Virus record (IMG/VR): IMGVR_UViG_3300044701_001468
Length of the DNA: 64,000 nt
Direction: 5' to 3' (one strand)
Origin: a virus
Shown here one piece after another: positions 54,890 to 64,000 of this stretch. The notes under the pieces are model-generated. The model searched no databases, had not been told where the DNA came from, and was given only the letters and a program-made list of their open reading frames with translations. Within the stretch, counting starts at the first letter, position 1, and every line of letters begins with the position of its first letter. The translations under genes were made by a program, and so were the position numbers.

Positions 54890-57800
54890 TTAGATCTCCA
54901 TTAACCACCAACCTTGAGCATCAGTATCAATTGCTACACCACCGCCGTCAGTTGCACCAAAGTAAATTAAACCAAATGAAGCGTTAGGTGTTTGAACCAA
55001 CAATTCACCACCTGTCCAAGCAGAACCTAACCCACCAGCTGTAGAACCAGTTGCATCCCCTTGAACTTTGATTCCAGTAGGAGCTCTGAGTATTAAAGTA
55101 CACTGATAAGAGAGATTTCCACCAATGTCAACGAATCTAATCATATCACCTGTTTGAGCTGTTGAAGGTAGTTTGAGAATTAATGTAGTGTTAGTTCCAG
55201 CAGGTCTGATAATGTATCCCTGATTTACTCCTAAGGTAGGAGCGGTAGAATCAGTGTTTGATCCAGTAGCAAACCAATTCCATCTCGATCCACCGCTAGA
55301 TGTTCTGTAATTTGTAATACCGAAAGCATCAATACTTGCATCTTGTTTAAATTTATATGGTTTGGCGTTGCTAACACCAAGTCCATTAATTAGTAGAGAA
55401 ACATTAGCAGAAGAAGGAGTAGCGGTAGAAACTCCTGTAACTGTTAAGTATCTGCCAACTATAGTATCACCAGTTGAAGCATCAACCGTAAACTTATTAG
55501 TATTTATAGCAAGGTTTCCGAGGAAAGATGTATTGCCATTTGCAGTATCAACCTGGAATGTTGTAGTTCCAGCGCCATTTGTAATTGTTAGATACTGGGT
55601 AGAAGCAGTAGAACTTCCATTTAAAGTAATTGTATTTTCTACTGTTAATGTACCAGCAATATTAGTATTTCCATCAGCAGTTCTGATTGTAAATGTTTCT
55701 GCTGTAGATCCATTAGTTACTACTAATTTTTGTGCGGTTGAATCAGTTGCAGAATTACCAGAAAGAGTTAGCGTATCATAAACAAGTAAAGTTCCAGTGC
55801 CATTTCCAGTGGTTCCTGTAGGATTTCCTATGATCGTGTTACCAGTGGTTGAATCAACTTCAAATACTGTTTTTGGAGATACCGTTCCACCATCAGTGAT
55901 CGTCAACTTCTGAGGAGACGATGCGTTGATGGAAGTAATTATCATAAATTCATTATCAATCTTGAGAATATCATTCGTCTTGAAAGATCCACCAAATTCT
56001 GCCAGATTAATTACAGAACCATTTACTGTGTATGCAGCGCCACCAGAAGTACCACCGATATCAACAACATTAATTACTGGATATGTTTCGGATAACTGGA
56101 AGATTTGATCGCTTCCAGAAGTAGAAACATTTACAATATAATAACGAAGAGCAGTAGTAGTTATTCCAGTGATAGATCCAACACTGGTAAATGTGACTCT
56201 ATATCCATTCTCTAAGTTGCTACCAGCAGATGTCAAGAAGTTTGTGCTTGCATTAATGCTGCTAACTGTTTTGTTTAGTGCAGAAGCTGGGATTGGACCT
56301 GGATCAACGTAAGTTGCACCAGTTACCTTATTCAATTTGTAGATAATAGTATCATCTAGATGAGCAGCAGCGGTAGTTCCATCAACTGCTCTACTTACCG
56401 TCATGGTAAATGGCGAAGTAGATGTTGGTGGAGTTGTAACTCTTACAATTTCCTGATCAATCAAGAGATAATCAAATTGACTGATACCAGCAGCATTCTT
56501 AACTGGTAGTGTTGTATCAGATGAAGACCAAGGAACGCCACCAGTGGTATCAATTTGAGTATACTTGAGAGTTGCGGATCCGCCTACTGTTCCACTAGTT
56601 GTTATGGTAACAGCAGATCCGCCAAGAATAGTAGATACCTGGAAACTATTAGAAGTTCTATTAATTACATAATAATCAACACCAGCAGTAACTCCAGTGA
56701 AATTAGAAATATTTGCAAATCTAATTATATCATTATTATAGAACTTATTATCAATTACAGAGAATGTATTGCTCGTGATTGAAGTGATATTTGTAGCGCC
56801 ATCAATATCATCAATATACTCATAGTAAGTAACATTGAGATTAGCAAGAGAACCAATGGTATGTGCTGCAGCAGTTGTATTGAGAGATGCTCTAGTTACG
56901 CTTACCGAAGAATTTCTAAGACCACCGATGATAGTTAAATCACCATAATCGGTGATATTTCCATTAACGATTAGAGAGTTTCTGATAGTAGTATTACCAG
57001 CAACCGCACCCATATTGATGACAGCGGCAAAATTACCGATGTTAAGTACGTTTGCTGTTCCTGGGTTGTTGAGGAAGTTAAAGGTAGTAGCACTAGTCTT
57101 GATAGAACCACCATTAACTTCAAGATCTCCATCTAATTGTACGTTCTTATTTCTAATTGTTAGTCTGGATCCAGATGAATTATTAAATGCGCCACCAATA
57201 GTGATGTTGGATACAGCAGTTAGAGAAGAAGAAGCATTGCCAATATTAATAGTCGATGTTGTAGCGCCAGTGTGTAGATTTAGTGTAGCAGTAGTAGCAG
57301 CAGTGCCAATCGAAAGACTTTGCGTTGTAGCAGAATTGCCAATATTTAAAGTTTGAGCACTAGTTGCACTATTGAATAGATTTGCAGTAGTTGCAAACCC
57401 AGCAAAATTCAAGGTTGTAGCAGTACCAGTAGTATTCAATAGATTGAATGTTGTGGCAGTTGTGGTTAGATCGCCACCATTAACTGCTAAATCATCTTCG
57501 AAAGTTAGTGAACCAGTAAATCTTGATGTTCCAACAACAACAAAGTTGCGATCAAGTTGAGCATGAGTAGCATTAATACCTACTCTACCATTTGTTAATC
57601 CATTCGGAGTGGTAGCAACTCTTAAGGTTGAAATATTAGAAGGTGTTGCACTATCACCACCAACTAAGAAAGCATAATCCTGATTTGTCTCAGTTTTGGT
57701 AGTAGAAGATTCAGTGGAATAAGATAAAATTTTCTTACCACTAATAAATGCATTACCAACTAGATCTAAGTTAGCTCTTGGAGTTGTCTCAGTAGAAACA

Positions 57801-60800
57801 AATGCAGTTTTGTAAGCAGTGTGTGCAGATCTAGCAACTGTATTAATACCTAATTTATAATCACCAATGCTAGTAGTTTCTGTTCTTAGTGCTTCTGCAC
57901 CAATTACACCCACTTCTTTAAATGCAGTTTGAGATCTTGCAATATTGATAGATGGTTGTGCTACTTGATCAACAGGATATCCATTATTTGGTGTTGGAAT
58001 TGCAGTGTAAATTGGTAAATTAGCATTAGTTAAGATATTAACATATGCGTTACCACTAGCAAATGGATCCAATACACTTGAATATACAGGCCATACACCA
58101 TTAACTCCCTGTAGACTTCCAGTTGCACCAGTGATTCTAATTTGAGTTGAAGATGTAATACCAAGTGTATTGTTAGTAACACCTGTATTCCAATTCAATC
58201 TAATAACAGTTCCAGTAGAGTTTCCTTGAATTCCTAGAATTTGTGGATTTACTCCAACCGATGACTGATTATCAATAGTAATATAATCGTTCGCATATAC
58301 CCAAGCGAGAGAACCAGTAAATAAGGTCTGTGCTCCCTTGAACAATACATCACCAGATGCGAGTGGCGCTAAAGTATTGAAGTATGCGTTTGCTGGTTGA
58401 TCTGCACCATATAATGAAGTTGTGTTTGGTGTTACATTAGAAATAGCACCTCTAAATGTGTATCTCTGTGTACCGCGTGGATGCATATTCCAAACGGCAG
58501 AAGAAATAGTATTCTGATGTAGGGTGATATCTCCTGTTTTTTGACCAGCAATATTTGTCTCTAGTCTTTGATCATAATTTCCATCAGCAAATGGTTTTCC
58601 ACTTGTATCGGTATAAATTGTCAATGCATTGCTGTTCAATACAGCTCCAAGCATTGTTGGACTTTGAATAGCAACTGGGCAGAAGAATGTGCTTGTCTTG
58701 GTTCCCTCTAATCCAGATACTGTAATGATATCATTGAACGTAACTGGAGTATCAAATGTTGTTACAAGAGTTCCAATATCTTCCGTTTCGTCAGCAGATT
58801 CAACCAAGATTGCCTGCTCTAGGAATGTCTCTTCGCCTGTAATAGCATTGATCTTACGATTACCGATATAAAGGTCGCCATTAGAGTTTAGACCCGTGTA
58901 GAAGACGATACCAGCGTCCTCACGCTTCGCTTGAGCATAGAAGTCTTGCGTGTCCGTTAGAACGACTTCCTGACGCGCTGGGAAACCAGTAGAGTAGTTA
59001 CCAGGACCGAAACCTAGGTATTCAAAGGTGTGGTTACCAGAACGAGCAATAGATGGACGACGAAGTTCTACATAAAGTTTCTTCTCCAGTGGATATGGCG
59101 AATCTCCACAGATAGAAATTTTTCTTGCTTCAGAACCAGCAGATGCTGATCCTGGTTGTGCTTGAATTACATTTGATCCAGTAAATGTATTGAGTTTGGT
59201 TCCAGAATCACTGATTAAATCATAAACAACTTCTTTGGTAAGAGATCCTTTAGAATCGTTAACTGTCACCAATCCATGAACATAGTTGTCGGCAGCAGAT
59301 ATCGTAGCTGGAGGATCTAGTAAAGTAGCAGAACCTGTGTCTATACCCTTGTACCACTCAGGATCATTTTTATAGAATTCTGGGTAAATTTTTGATACTG
59401 GTTGCGAGAATCTAAAGTTTCTAAAGTTTTCCCCAACACCAGATCCAGTAGGATAAGGTCTGATGTCACCACGGAGACAAGTCAAGTAATAAACACCATC
59501 TTGTTGTCCGAAAATTCTTCTGCGAATTGTATTAATATCAAAAATATAATAAGTATTCTCAAAATCATCTACGTCTTCTACATCAGCGATAGTGTACGAA
59601 ACTCCATTATCATCATTAAGTGTATCACCAGGAGTCATCGTGTAAACGTTAGCACCCTCAATAACATACAAGAAATTAGCAATATCAGATCTTCCTGAGT
59701 TTGCATCTTCTAGAAGAGTAGCAGTAACTTTTGTAGATCCAGTTCCCTGACTGAAAGTAGTGGTTACGTTATTATTGTAATCAATACTAGAATTACCAGC
59801 AAAATCTTTCAAGATCATGTAATAGTTATTTTGATATGCAAAATAAGCATGTACATAAGCAGTTCCAGAAGAATTTCCAGACCACGTAACTTTATTTGTG
59901 TTATTTGAATTAGGAATACTACCGATAAAGTTACCCGATCCACCTTGAGGAGCAGAAATTTTTACGGTTGTGAATAGTTTTGTCTTGTAATCATTATTAT
60001 CAACACCAATATCAAATACAGTTAATTCTAGATAATTTTGATTAGAGATTTGTCTCTTTCTAGCAGACTGAATGGTGAATGAAATTTTAGAATTAGTTTC
60101 TACACGCTTAGGATTACCAGCTGGTGAAGAGTCATAAGTACTGATGTAATTAGGATTTAAAACTAATTGTTCTGCAGTGGTTAGTCCCAACTTTTCGCCA
60201 GTTACTGGTGCTACAAAGTTAGCAACACTAGAACCAGTTGATGTTGGTTTTAGAAGAATTTTTTGAGGTAGTAGTCTTCTCTTTTCATCAGTTCTAATCT
60301 TAAGAACAAATCCATTTAAAGGATCTCTTACTGTCTTGAGATTTTTAGGAATTACATAACGTAATCTATAAACTCTATCTTCCTTAGATCTGGTATCAAC
60401 CACTCTTTCATAATAGGTATCAGTTGTTGGAGCAATTCTTCCTTCAAAAATTGATTCCTTCATCTTAGGAATAATTTCATTTCCAGATACTAAAGTATTG
60501 ATATACCAAGATCCATTGTTATTTGAAGCAGTGGTTCCAACCACTGGATCAAATTTCATTGGGCTTCTCTTCTTGCTCGCAAAAGTATAGAACTTAGCAG
60601 TGCTACCTGTTTGGAACGTTACTGGAGAAGATAAAACAAGATTGCCACCACTATCTACTGTTGCAGACTCGTGAATAGTAAATCTTGTGCTACTGACATA
60701 ATTTACATAATATTCTACTTTACTGGATAGGGTTGTTCCGCCAAAAGAAGAAGATAATGTTGGAAGAGCACTTCCAGAAATATCACTACCTACTCTAAAG

Positions 60801-63800
60801 AATACTCTCTGTAAAGTAGTATTTGGTGTTGGTTTATCGAAAATATGTGGTCTGTCAGTCTCAAATTCTGTGCTACTTCCAGATGCTAATCCAGTTTGAT
60901 ATTGATGTAGATCGTATTTGATATCTAGAACATACTGATAAACATCAATCTCAACCTGAGAGTCAACCGCATCAGTTTCGGAAGAATAAATGTAAATACC
61001 AGCAGCAGCATTTTCTTCGCTTGTTGCAAGCATTAGATTTTGTTGGTTGGATCCATTAAATCCAATCGAAGTAGCATAATTAAATGGATCAGTTCTTCTA
61101 CCTGGAGCAATTACATAGTATAGTGTGTTGGTATCAAATCCCTTTGGAAGACGTATAACTCTTTTATCTGGATTTGTTCCTGCTTTAGCTCTAGGAACCA
61201 ATCTAACTGGTGTTCCTGTTTCTAAATCATGTGGGTTTGTTGTAGCAGCACCATTGCTATCATACTCAGTTAACGTGAACAATGTTGATCTTTGAGCAAG
61301 TGTTCCCGTATTTAAAGTAGAAGCAACTCTAGGTACAGTTCCAACACCAGAATTAATGATGGTGCTAATTGTCTGGAAGTAATTTGTAATAGATAAAGCA
61401 GTTGAAGCACATTCTCCACCAGGAGCACCAGTTGATGGGTCTCCAGCAGCAAGGTAGTTATAATCTTGAATAACTGCGGAATCTGTAATTGGATCGAGTG
61501 CTGTGCTCCAAAGACCAGATGTTAGTTCAACATATAGTTTTACCGTTGTTGAAGAAGCAGTTGCATTTACGGTAGTACCGCTATTAAATCTACTTCCTTG
61601 TGTTCCAAGTTCAATTTGATTGCTGGTTAATCCGTTGGTTCCATCACCAATTTTTTTGATGTATGCGGTGCTAGGAATAGTTGATGTGAAATTAACTACC
61701 GAAGAAGAAGAGGTAGGAATTGCATCAACACTTCTTACTCTCATACCAATAGAGAGTCCAACTGTGCTGGAAAGTGTAACAATTGCAGATCCAGAAGTTG
61801 TTGTTGCGTTATTAATGTAAGTATTGTGATTTCTCATCGAAGAAATCGCCAAGTTTCTTACATAATTGTAAGCATCAATAGTTTCTGGTCTTTCATTTTC
61901 AATATAATCTAGAGTAAATCCATCTTGATTACCATCAGTGGTATCTGTATTCAGAGGAATGGCAGTATAGTATGCTTCTGCTGCATTAATAGTATTTTCG
62001 TTACCACCTAATCTTAAGTCAGAAGTTACTGCTTCAATGATATATCCAATATCACGCTTACACTTACTTGCTTCACTAATTTGTGACCACTGACCTGGAT
62101 TTTCAGTTGGTAGTCCGTTTAAATTACCATTAGCAAGAGAAGTATTGATAATAGTAACTAATGTATCAATTGTGTTTCTAACATTAGCACAATCCCAATC
62201 ACCATTATCAACCGCAGGAAGATTGGTTAGAGTTCCAGCAGTAATTACACCAGTAACAATAGCAAATAAGTTGTCAACTGTTGTTCTAACGTCTGCACAA
62301 GAACTTGCAGAAGTATTAGCAATGTTTCCACCACCGCCACCAGCAACTGAAGGACCAGCAGAAATAGTTAGATTCTTAACCGTAAGTTGGTTTGTGATTG
62401 CCTGCTTTACAAGATTTCTAGCAGCATTGAAAGCAAATACAGATTGTGTTTCTTCACCTACTAGTCCACCAGAAAGAGGAGTTCCAGAAAGAGTAAAATA
62501 TTCTCTTACAGCACCAACTGTAAATTCATTACCACCCCAGAATAAATCCTGTGCAACTGAATCTACAATATAACCAATATCTCGCTTACACTTGGTATCA
62601 TTACCCCCAGGAACGACAAAGGTTGGGAATGCCGCCTGCATCTGAGAGAATGCAGTATCAATAATTTCGGTTCTGTTGCTATTGATTAGAGCATAAGAAT
62701 CCTTAAATCTACCTACACTAGGATCATCGTTAACTGGATCAATAGTGATATTAGAAACATAATACGCACCAGTTGCAGGAGAAACTGAAGGAGCAACAGC
62801 AGCAGTATATCTGAACTGAGTTGCTGTTAATCCAGCAGAAAGAACTGCATATTTGCCATTATATTCAGTTTGAGTTGCACCACCAATGGTAACAAATGTT
62901 CCAGAGGTGAGGTTATGTGGGGTGCTGCAAGTAACGGTGATTGTAGTACCACTACTTGTGATTGAAGTAACAGATAAAAGTGATTTATTTGTTAATAGGT
63001 TAGAAATTGCTTTTTTACACCAATCTTTTGCTCTATTGAAAGCAAAGATTGATTGTGTTTCTTCACCAGCAAGTCCATTGCTAAGAGGGGCACCAGCATT
63101 AGTAAAGTATGCTCTGGTTGCGGCAATCATGTTTGCATTACCGCCATCATAAAGATCAGCAGCAATAGCATCTACAATATATCCAATATCTCTCTTACAC
63201 TTATCATTCTGCGAACCAGGAACGGTAAATGATGGGAACGCAGTTTGCATCTGAGCAAACGCATAATCAATAATTTCAGTTCTGTTTGCGAGAATAAGAT
63301 TTCTAGCGTCTCTATAACGACCAGTTTCAGATGTAATATTTGGATTTACATATGGTCTATTTTGTAGGTATGGATATTTCTCTAGAATATATCCAAATGC
63401 TTCAGATTGAATGAATGTTTTATTTGCATCAATTAGGTTGGCAGCATCTTGTGCTTTGTTATATGCTGCATCAAATACAGTACCACCAGTTGGATTTAAT
63501 GTGCTTACAGCAGCAGTCCATTTTTTAAATCCAGATGGAGATAGTTCAGCTGATTTAACGTTAGTATTATCTAATTTAACATAGATTTTTTCATTTCTTC
63601 TAGCACCAATTCTATATCCATTTACAGTAGATGCTGGGCGATCTTCTGGATTTCTTGTCGTCTCGGATCCAAGATATAGTTTATTGGTGTTACTAGAAGA
63701 TCTAGTGTAAGGGAAATCAAGAACATAATATTGTTGCTTTGATTTATTCAACGAAGAAAGAGTTTTTGGAGGAATAATATCAGTAATATATCCACCCTTG

Positions 63801-64000
63801 TCTTGGTTGAATGCAAATCCTTTATAACCCTTCGAGTGCATCGAAGTGTTACCGAAGTTTGAGTTCGAGTTGGTGATTGACATGTCACCGCCAGACTCAA
63901 GTAGGAAGTGATCAGCAAAACCTACAGCAAAGATCGAAACGTTCTGAATGAATGAGTCATCCGAAGCACGAACGTGGAAGTTTCTCCAATCATCCTTCCA
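54890..64000 (-). CDS. Giant fibre-like virion structural protein, 5' end outside the window
   Basis: The frame stays open upstream of the track's Met (WKDDWRNFHVRASDDSFIQNVSIFAVGFADHFLLESGGDMSITNSNSNFG), giving more than 3037 aa. It has pectin-lyase-like and helical KCKRDIGY repeats, a T/S/G-rich fibre half, and a gp9/10-like LPSTAQTGDMIRFVD C-terminus. Confidence 0.85.
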   Translation of the reverse strand, partial: WKDDWRNFHVRASDDSFIQNVSIFAVGFADHFLLESGGDMSITNSNSNFGNTSMHSKGYKGFAFNQDKGGYITDIIPPKTLSSLNKSKQQYYVLDFPYTRSSSNTNKLYLGSETTRNPEDRPASTVNGYRIGARRNEKIYVKLDNTNVKSAELSPSGFKKWTAAVSTLNPTGGTVFDAAYNKAQDAANLIDANKTFIQSEAFGYILEKYPYLQNRPYVNPNITSETGRYRDARNLILANRTEIIDYAFAQMQTAFPSFTVPGSQNDKCKRDIGYIVDAIAADLYDGGNANMIAATRAYFTNAGAPLSNGLAGEETQSIFAFNRAKDWCKKAISNLLTNKSLLSVTSITSSGTTITVTCSTPHNLTSGTFVTIGGATQTEYNGKYAVLSAGLTATQFRYTAAVAPSVSPATGAYYVSNITIDPVNDDPSVGRFKDSYALINSNRTEIIDTAFSQMQAAFPTFVVPGGNDTKCKRDIGYIVDSVAQDLFWGGNEFTVGAVREYFTLSGTPLSGGLVGEETQSVFAFNAARNLVKQAITNQLTVKNLTISAGPSVAGGGGGNIANTSASSCADVRTTVDNLFAIVTGVITAGTLTNLPAVDNGDWDCANVRNTIDTLVTIINTSLANGNLNGLPTENPGQWSQISEASKCKRDIGYIIEAVTSDLRLGGNENTINAAEAYYTAIPLNTDTTDGNQDGFTLDYIENERPETIDAYNYVRNLAISSMRNHNTYINNATTTSGSAIVTLSSTVGLSIGMRVRSVDAIPTSSSSVVNFTSTIPSTAYIKKIGDGTNGLTSNQIELGTQGSRFNSGTTVNATASSTTVKLYVELTSGLWSTALDPITDSAVIQDYNYLAAGDPSTGAPGGECASTALSITNYFQTISTIINSGVGTVPRVASTLNTGTLAQRSTLFTLTEYDSNGAATTNPHDLETGTPVRLVPRAKAGTNPDKRVIRLPKGFDTNTLYYVIAPGRRTDPFNYATSIGFNGSNQQNLMLATSEENAAAGIYIYSSETDAVDSQVEIDVYQYVLDIKYDLHQYQTGLASGSSTEFETDRPHIFDKPTPNTTLQRVFFRVGSDISGSALPTLSSSFGGTTLSSKVEYYVNYVSSTRFTIHESATVDSGGNLVLSSPVTFQTGSTAKFYTFASKKRSPMKFDPVVGTTASNNNGSWYINTLVSGNEIIPKMKESIFEGRIAPTTDTYYERVVDTRSKEDRVYRLRYVIPKNLKTVRDPLNGFVLKIRTDEKRRLLPQKILLKPTSTGSSVANFVAPVTGEKLGLTTAEQLVLNPNYISTYDSSPAGNPKRVETNSKISFTIQSARKRQISNQNYLELTVFDIGVDNNDYKTKLFTTVKISAPQGGSGNFIGSIPNSNNTNKVTWSGNSSGTAYVHAYFAYQNNYYMILKDFAGNSSIDYNNNVTTTFSQGTGSTKVTATLLEDANSGRSDIANFLYVIEGANVYTMTPGDTLNDDNGVSYTIADVEDVDDFENTYYIFDINTIRRRIFGQQDGVYYLTCLRGDIRPYPTGSGVGENFRNFRFSQPVSKIYPEFYKNDPEWYKGIDTGSATLLDPPATISAADNYVHGLVTVNDSKGSLTKEVVYDLISDSGTKLNTFTGSNVIQAQPGSASAGSEARKISICGDSPYPLEKKLYVELRRPSIARSGNHTFEYLGFGPGNYSTGFPARQEVVLTDTQDFYAQAKREDAGIVFYTGLNSNGDLYIGNRKINAITGEETFLEQAILVESADETEDIGTLVTTFDTPVTFNDIITVSGLEGTKTSTFFCPVAIQSPTMLGAVLNSNALTIYTDTSGKPFADGNYDQRLETNIAGQKTGDITLHQNTISSAVWNMHPRGTQRYTFRGAISNVTPNTTSLYGADQPANAYFNTLAPLASGDVLFKGAQTLFTGSLAWVYANDYITIDNQSSVGVNPQILGIQGNSTGTVIRLNWNTGVTNNTLGITSSTQIRITGATGSLQGVNGVWPVYSSVLDPFASGNAYVNILTNANLPIYTAIPTPNNGYPVDQVAQPSINIARSQTAFKEVGVIGAEALRTETTSIGDYKLGINTVARSAHTAYKTAFVSTETTPRANLDLVGNAFISGKKILSYSTESSTTKTETNQDYAFLVGGDSATPSNISTLRVATTPNGLTNGRVGINATHAQLDRNFVVVGTSRFTGSLTFEDDLAVNGGDLTTTATTFNLLNTTGTATTLNFAGFATTANLFNSATSAQTLNIGNSATTQSLSIGTAATTATLNLHTGATTSTINIGNASSSLTAVSNITIGGAFNNSSGSRLTIRNKNVQLDGDLEVNGGSIKTSATTFNFLNNPGTANVLNIGNFAAVINMGAVAGNTTIRNSLIVNGNITDYGDLTIIGGLRNSSVSVTRASLNTTAAAHTIGSLANLNVTYYEYIDDIDGATNITSITSNTFSVIDNKFYNNDIIRFANISNFTGVTAGVDYYVINRTSNSFQVSTILGGSAVTITTSGTVGGSATLKYTQIDTTGGVPWSSSDTTLPVKNAAGISQFDYLLIDQEIVRVTTPPTSTSPFTMTVSRAVDGTTAAAHLDDTIIYKLNKVTGATYVDPGPIPASALNKTVSSINASTNFLTSAGSNLENGYRVTFTSVGSITGITTTALRYYIVNVSTSGSDQIFQLSETYPVINVVDIGGTSGGAAYTVNGSVINLAEFGGSFKTNDILKIDNEFMIITSINASSPQKLTITDGGTVSPKTVFEVDSTTGNTIIGNPTGTTGNGTGTLLVYDTLTLSGNSATDSTAQKLVVTNGSTAETFTIRTADGNTNIAGTLTVENTITLNGSSTASTQYLTITNGAGTTTFQVDTANGNTSFLGNLAINTNKFTVDASTGDTIVGRYLTVTGVSTATPSSANVSLLINGLGVSNAKPYKFKQDASIDAFGITNYRTSSGGSRWNWFATGSNTDSTAPTLGVNQGYIIRPAGTNTTLILKLPSTAQTGDMIRFVDIGGNLSYQCTLILRAPTGIKVQGDATGSTAGGLGSAWTGGELLVQTPNASFGLIYFGATDGGGVAIDTDAQGWWLMEI

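Noticed and set aside
55362-63152. Plus-strand ORFs up to 142 aa within the giant gene
   Set aside because: They are V/A/P-rich antisense read-outs of T/S/G-rich fibre codons.
51571-64000. Diversity-generating retroelement, invertase or intein in the fibre genes
   Set aside because: I saw no reverse transcriptase, recombinase, near-identical template/variable repeat pair or intein motifs.

Overview
This is a 64-kb segment of a T4-like cyanomyovirus (Kyanoviridae-type); every gene I can support is on the minus strand. In transcription order (right to left) it holds four blocks. (i) A giant fibre-like structural protein cut off at the window end, three tail-collar paralogues, two 2OG-Fe(II) oxygenases and a tail-assembly-chaperone-domain gene (48.9-64 kb). 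(ii) About 20 kb of small early/accessory genes under at least 18 host-type sigma70 promoters (28.5-48.9 kb), including an RlpA, an SF2/ResIII-like helicase, an Hpy188I-like GIY-YIG nuclease beside an adenine methyltransferase, a KTSC-like protein, an ArdA-like protein and an orphan HicA. (iii) A visibly GC-rich island (28.5-31.25 kb) built from repeated operator-promoter-leader cassettes (TGTGCCA-N10-TGKCACA, 29-30 nt upstream of a TAGACT-type -10). (iv) The baseplate cluster under T4 late promoters: PAAR-like, gp25, gp6, gp7, gp8, VrlC-like and a fibre cut off at position 1. The most striking unexplained structure is at 31.96-33.6 kb. It has six exact cyanobacterial-type DnaA boxes (TTTTCCACA) in two clusters, a perfect 28-bp palindrome, a perfect 28-bp inverted repeat, two AT-rich tracts and three counter-oriented promoters. 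This suggests a host-like replication origin or a DnaA-titration locus. All family assignments come from motifs recognised by eye; no database search was run.
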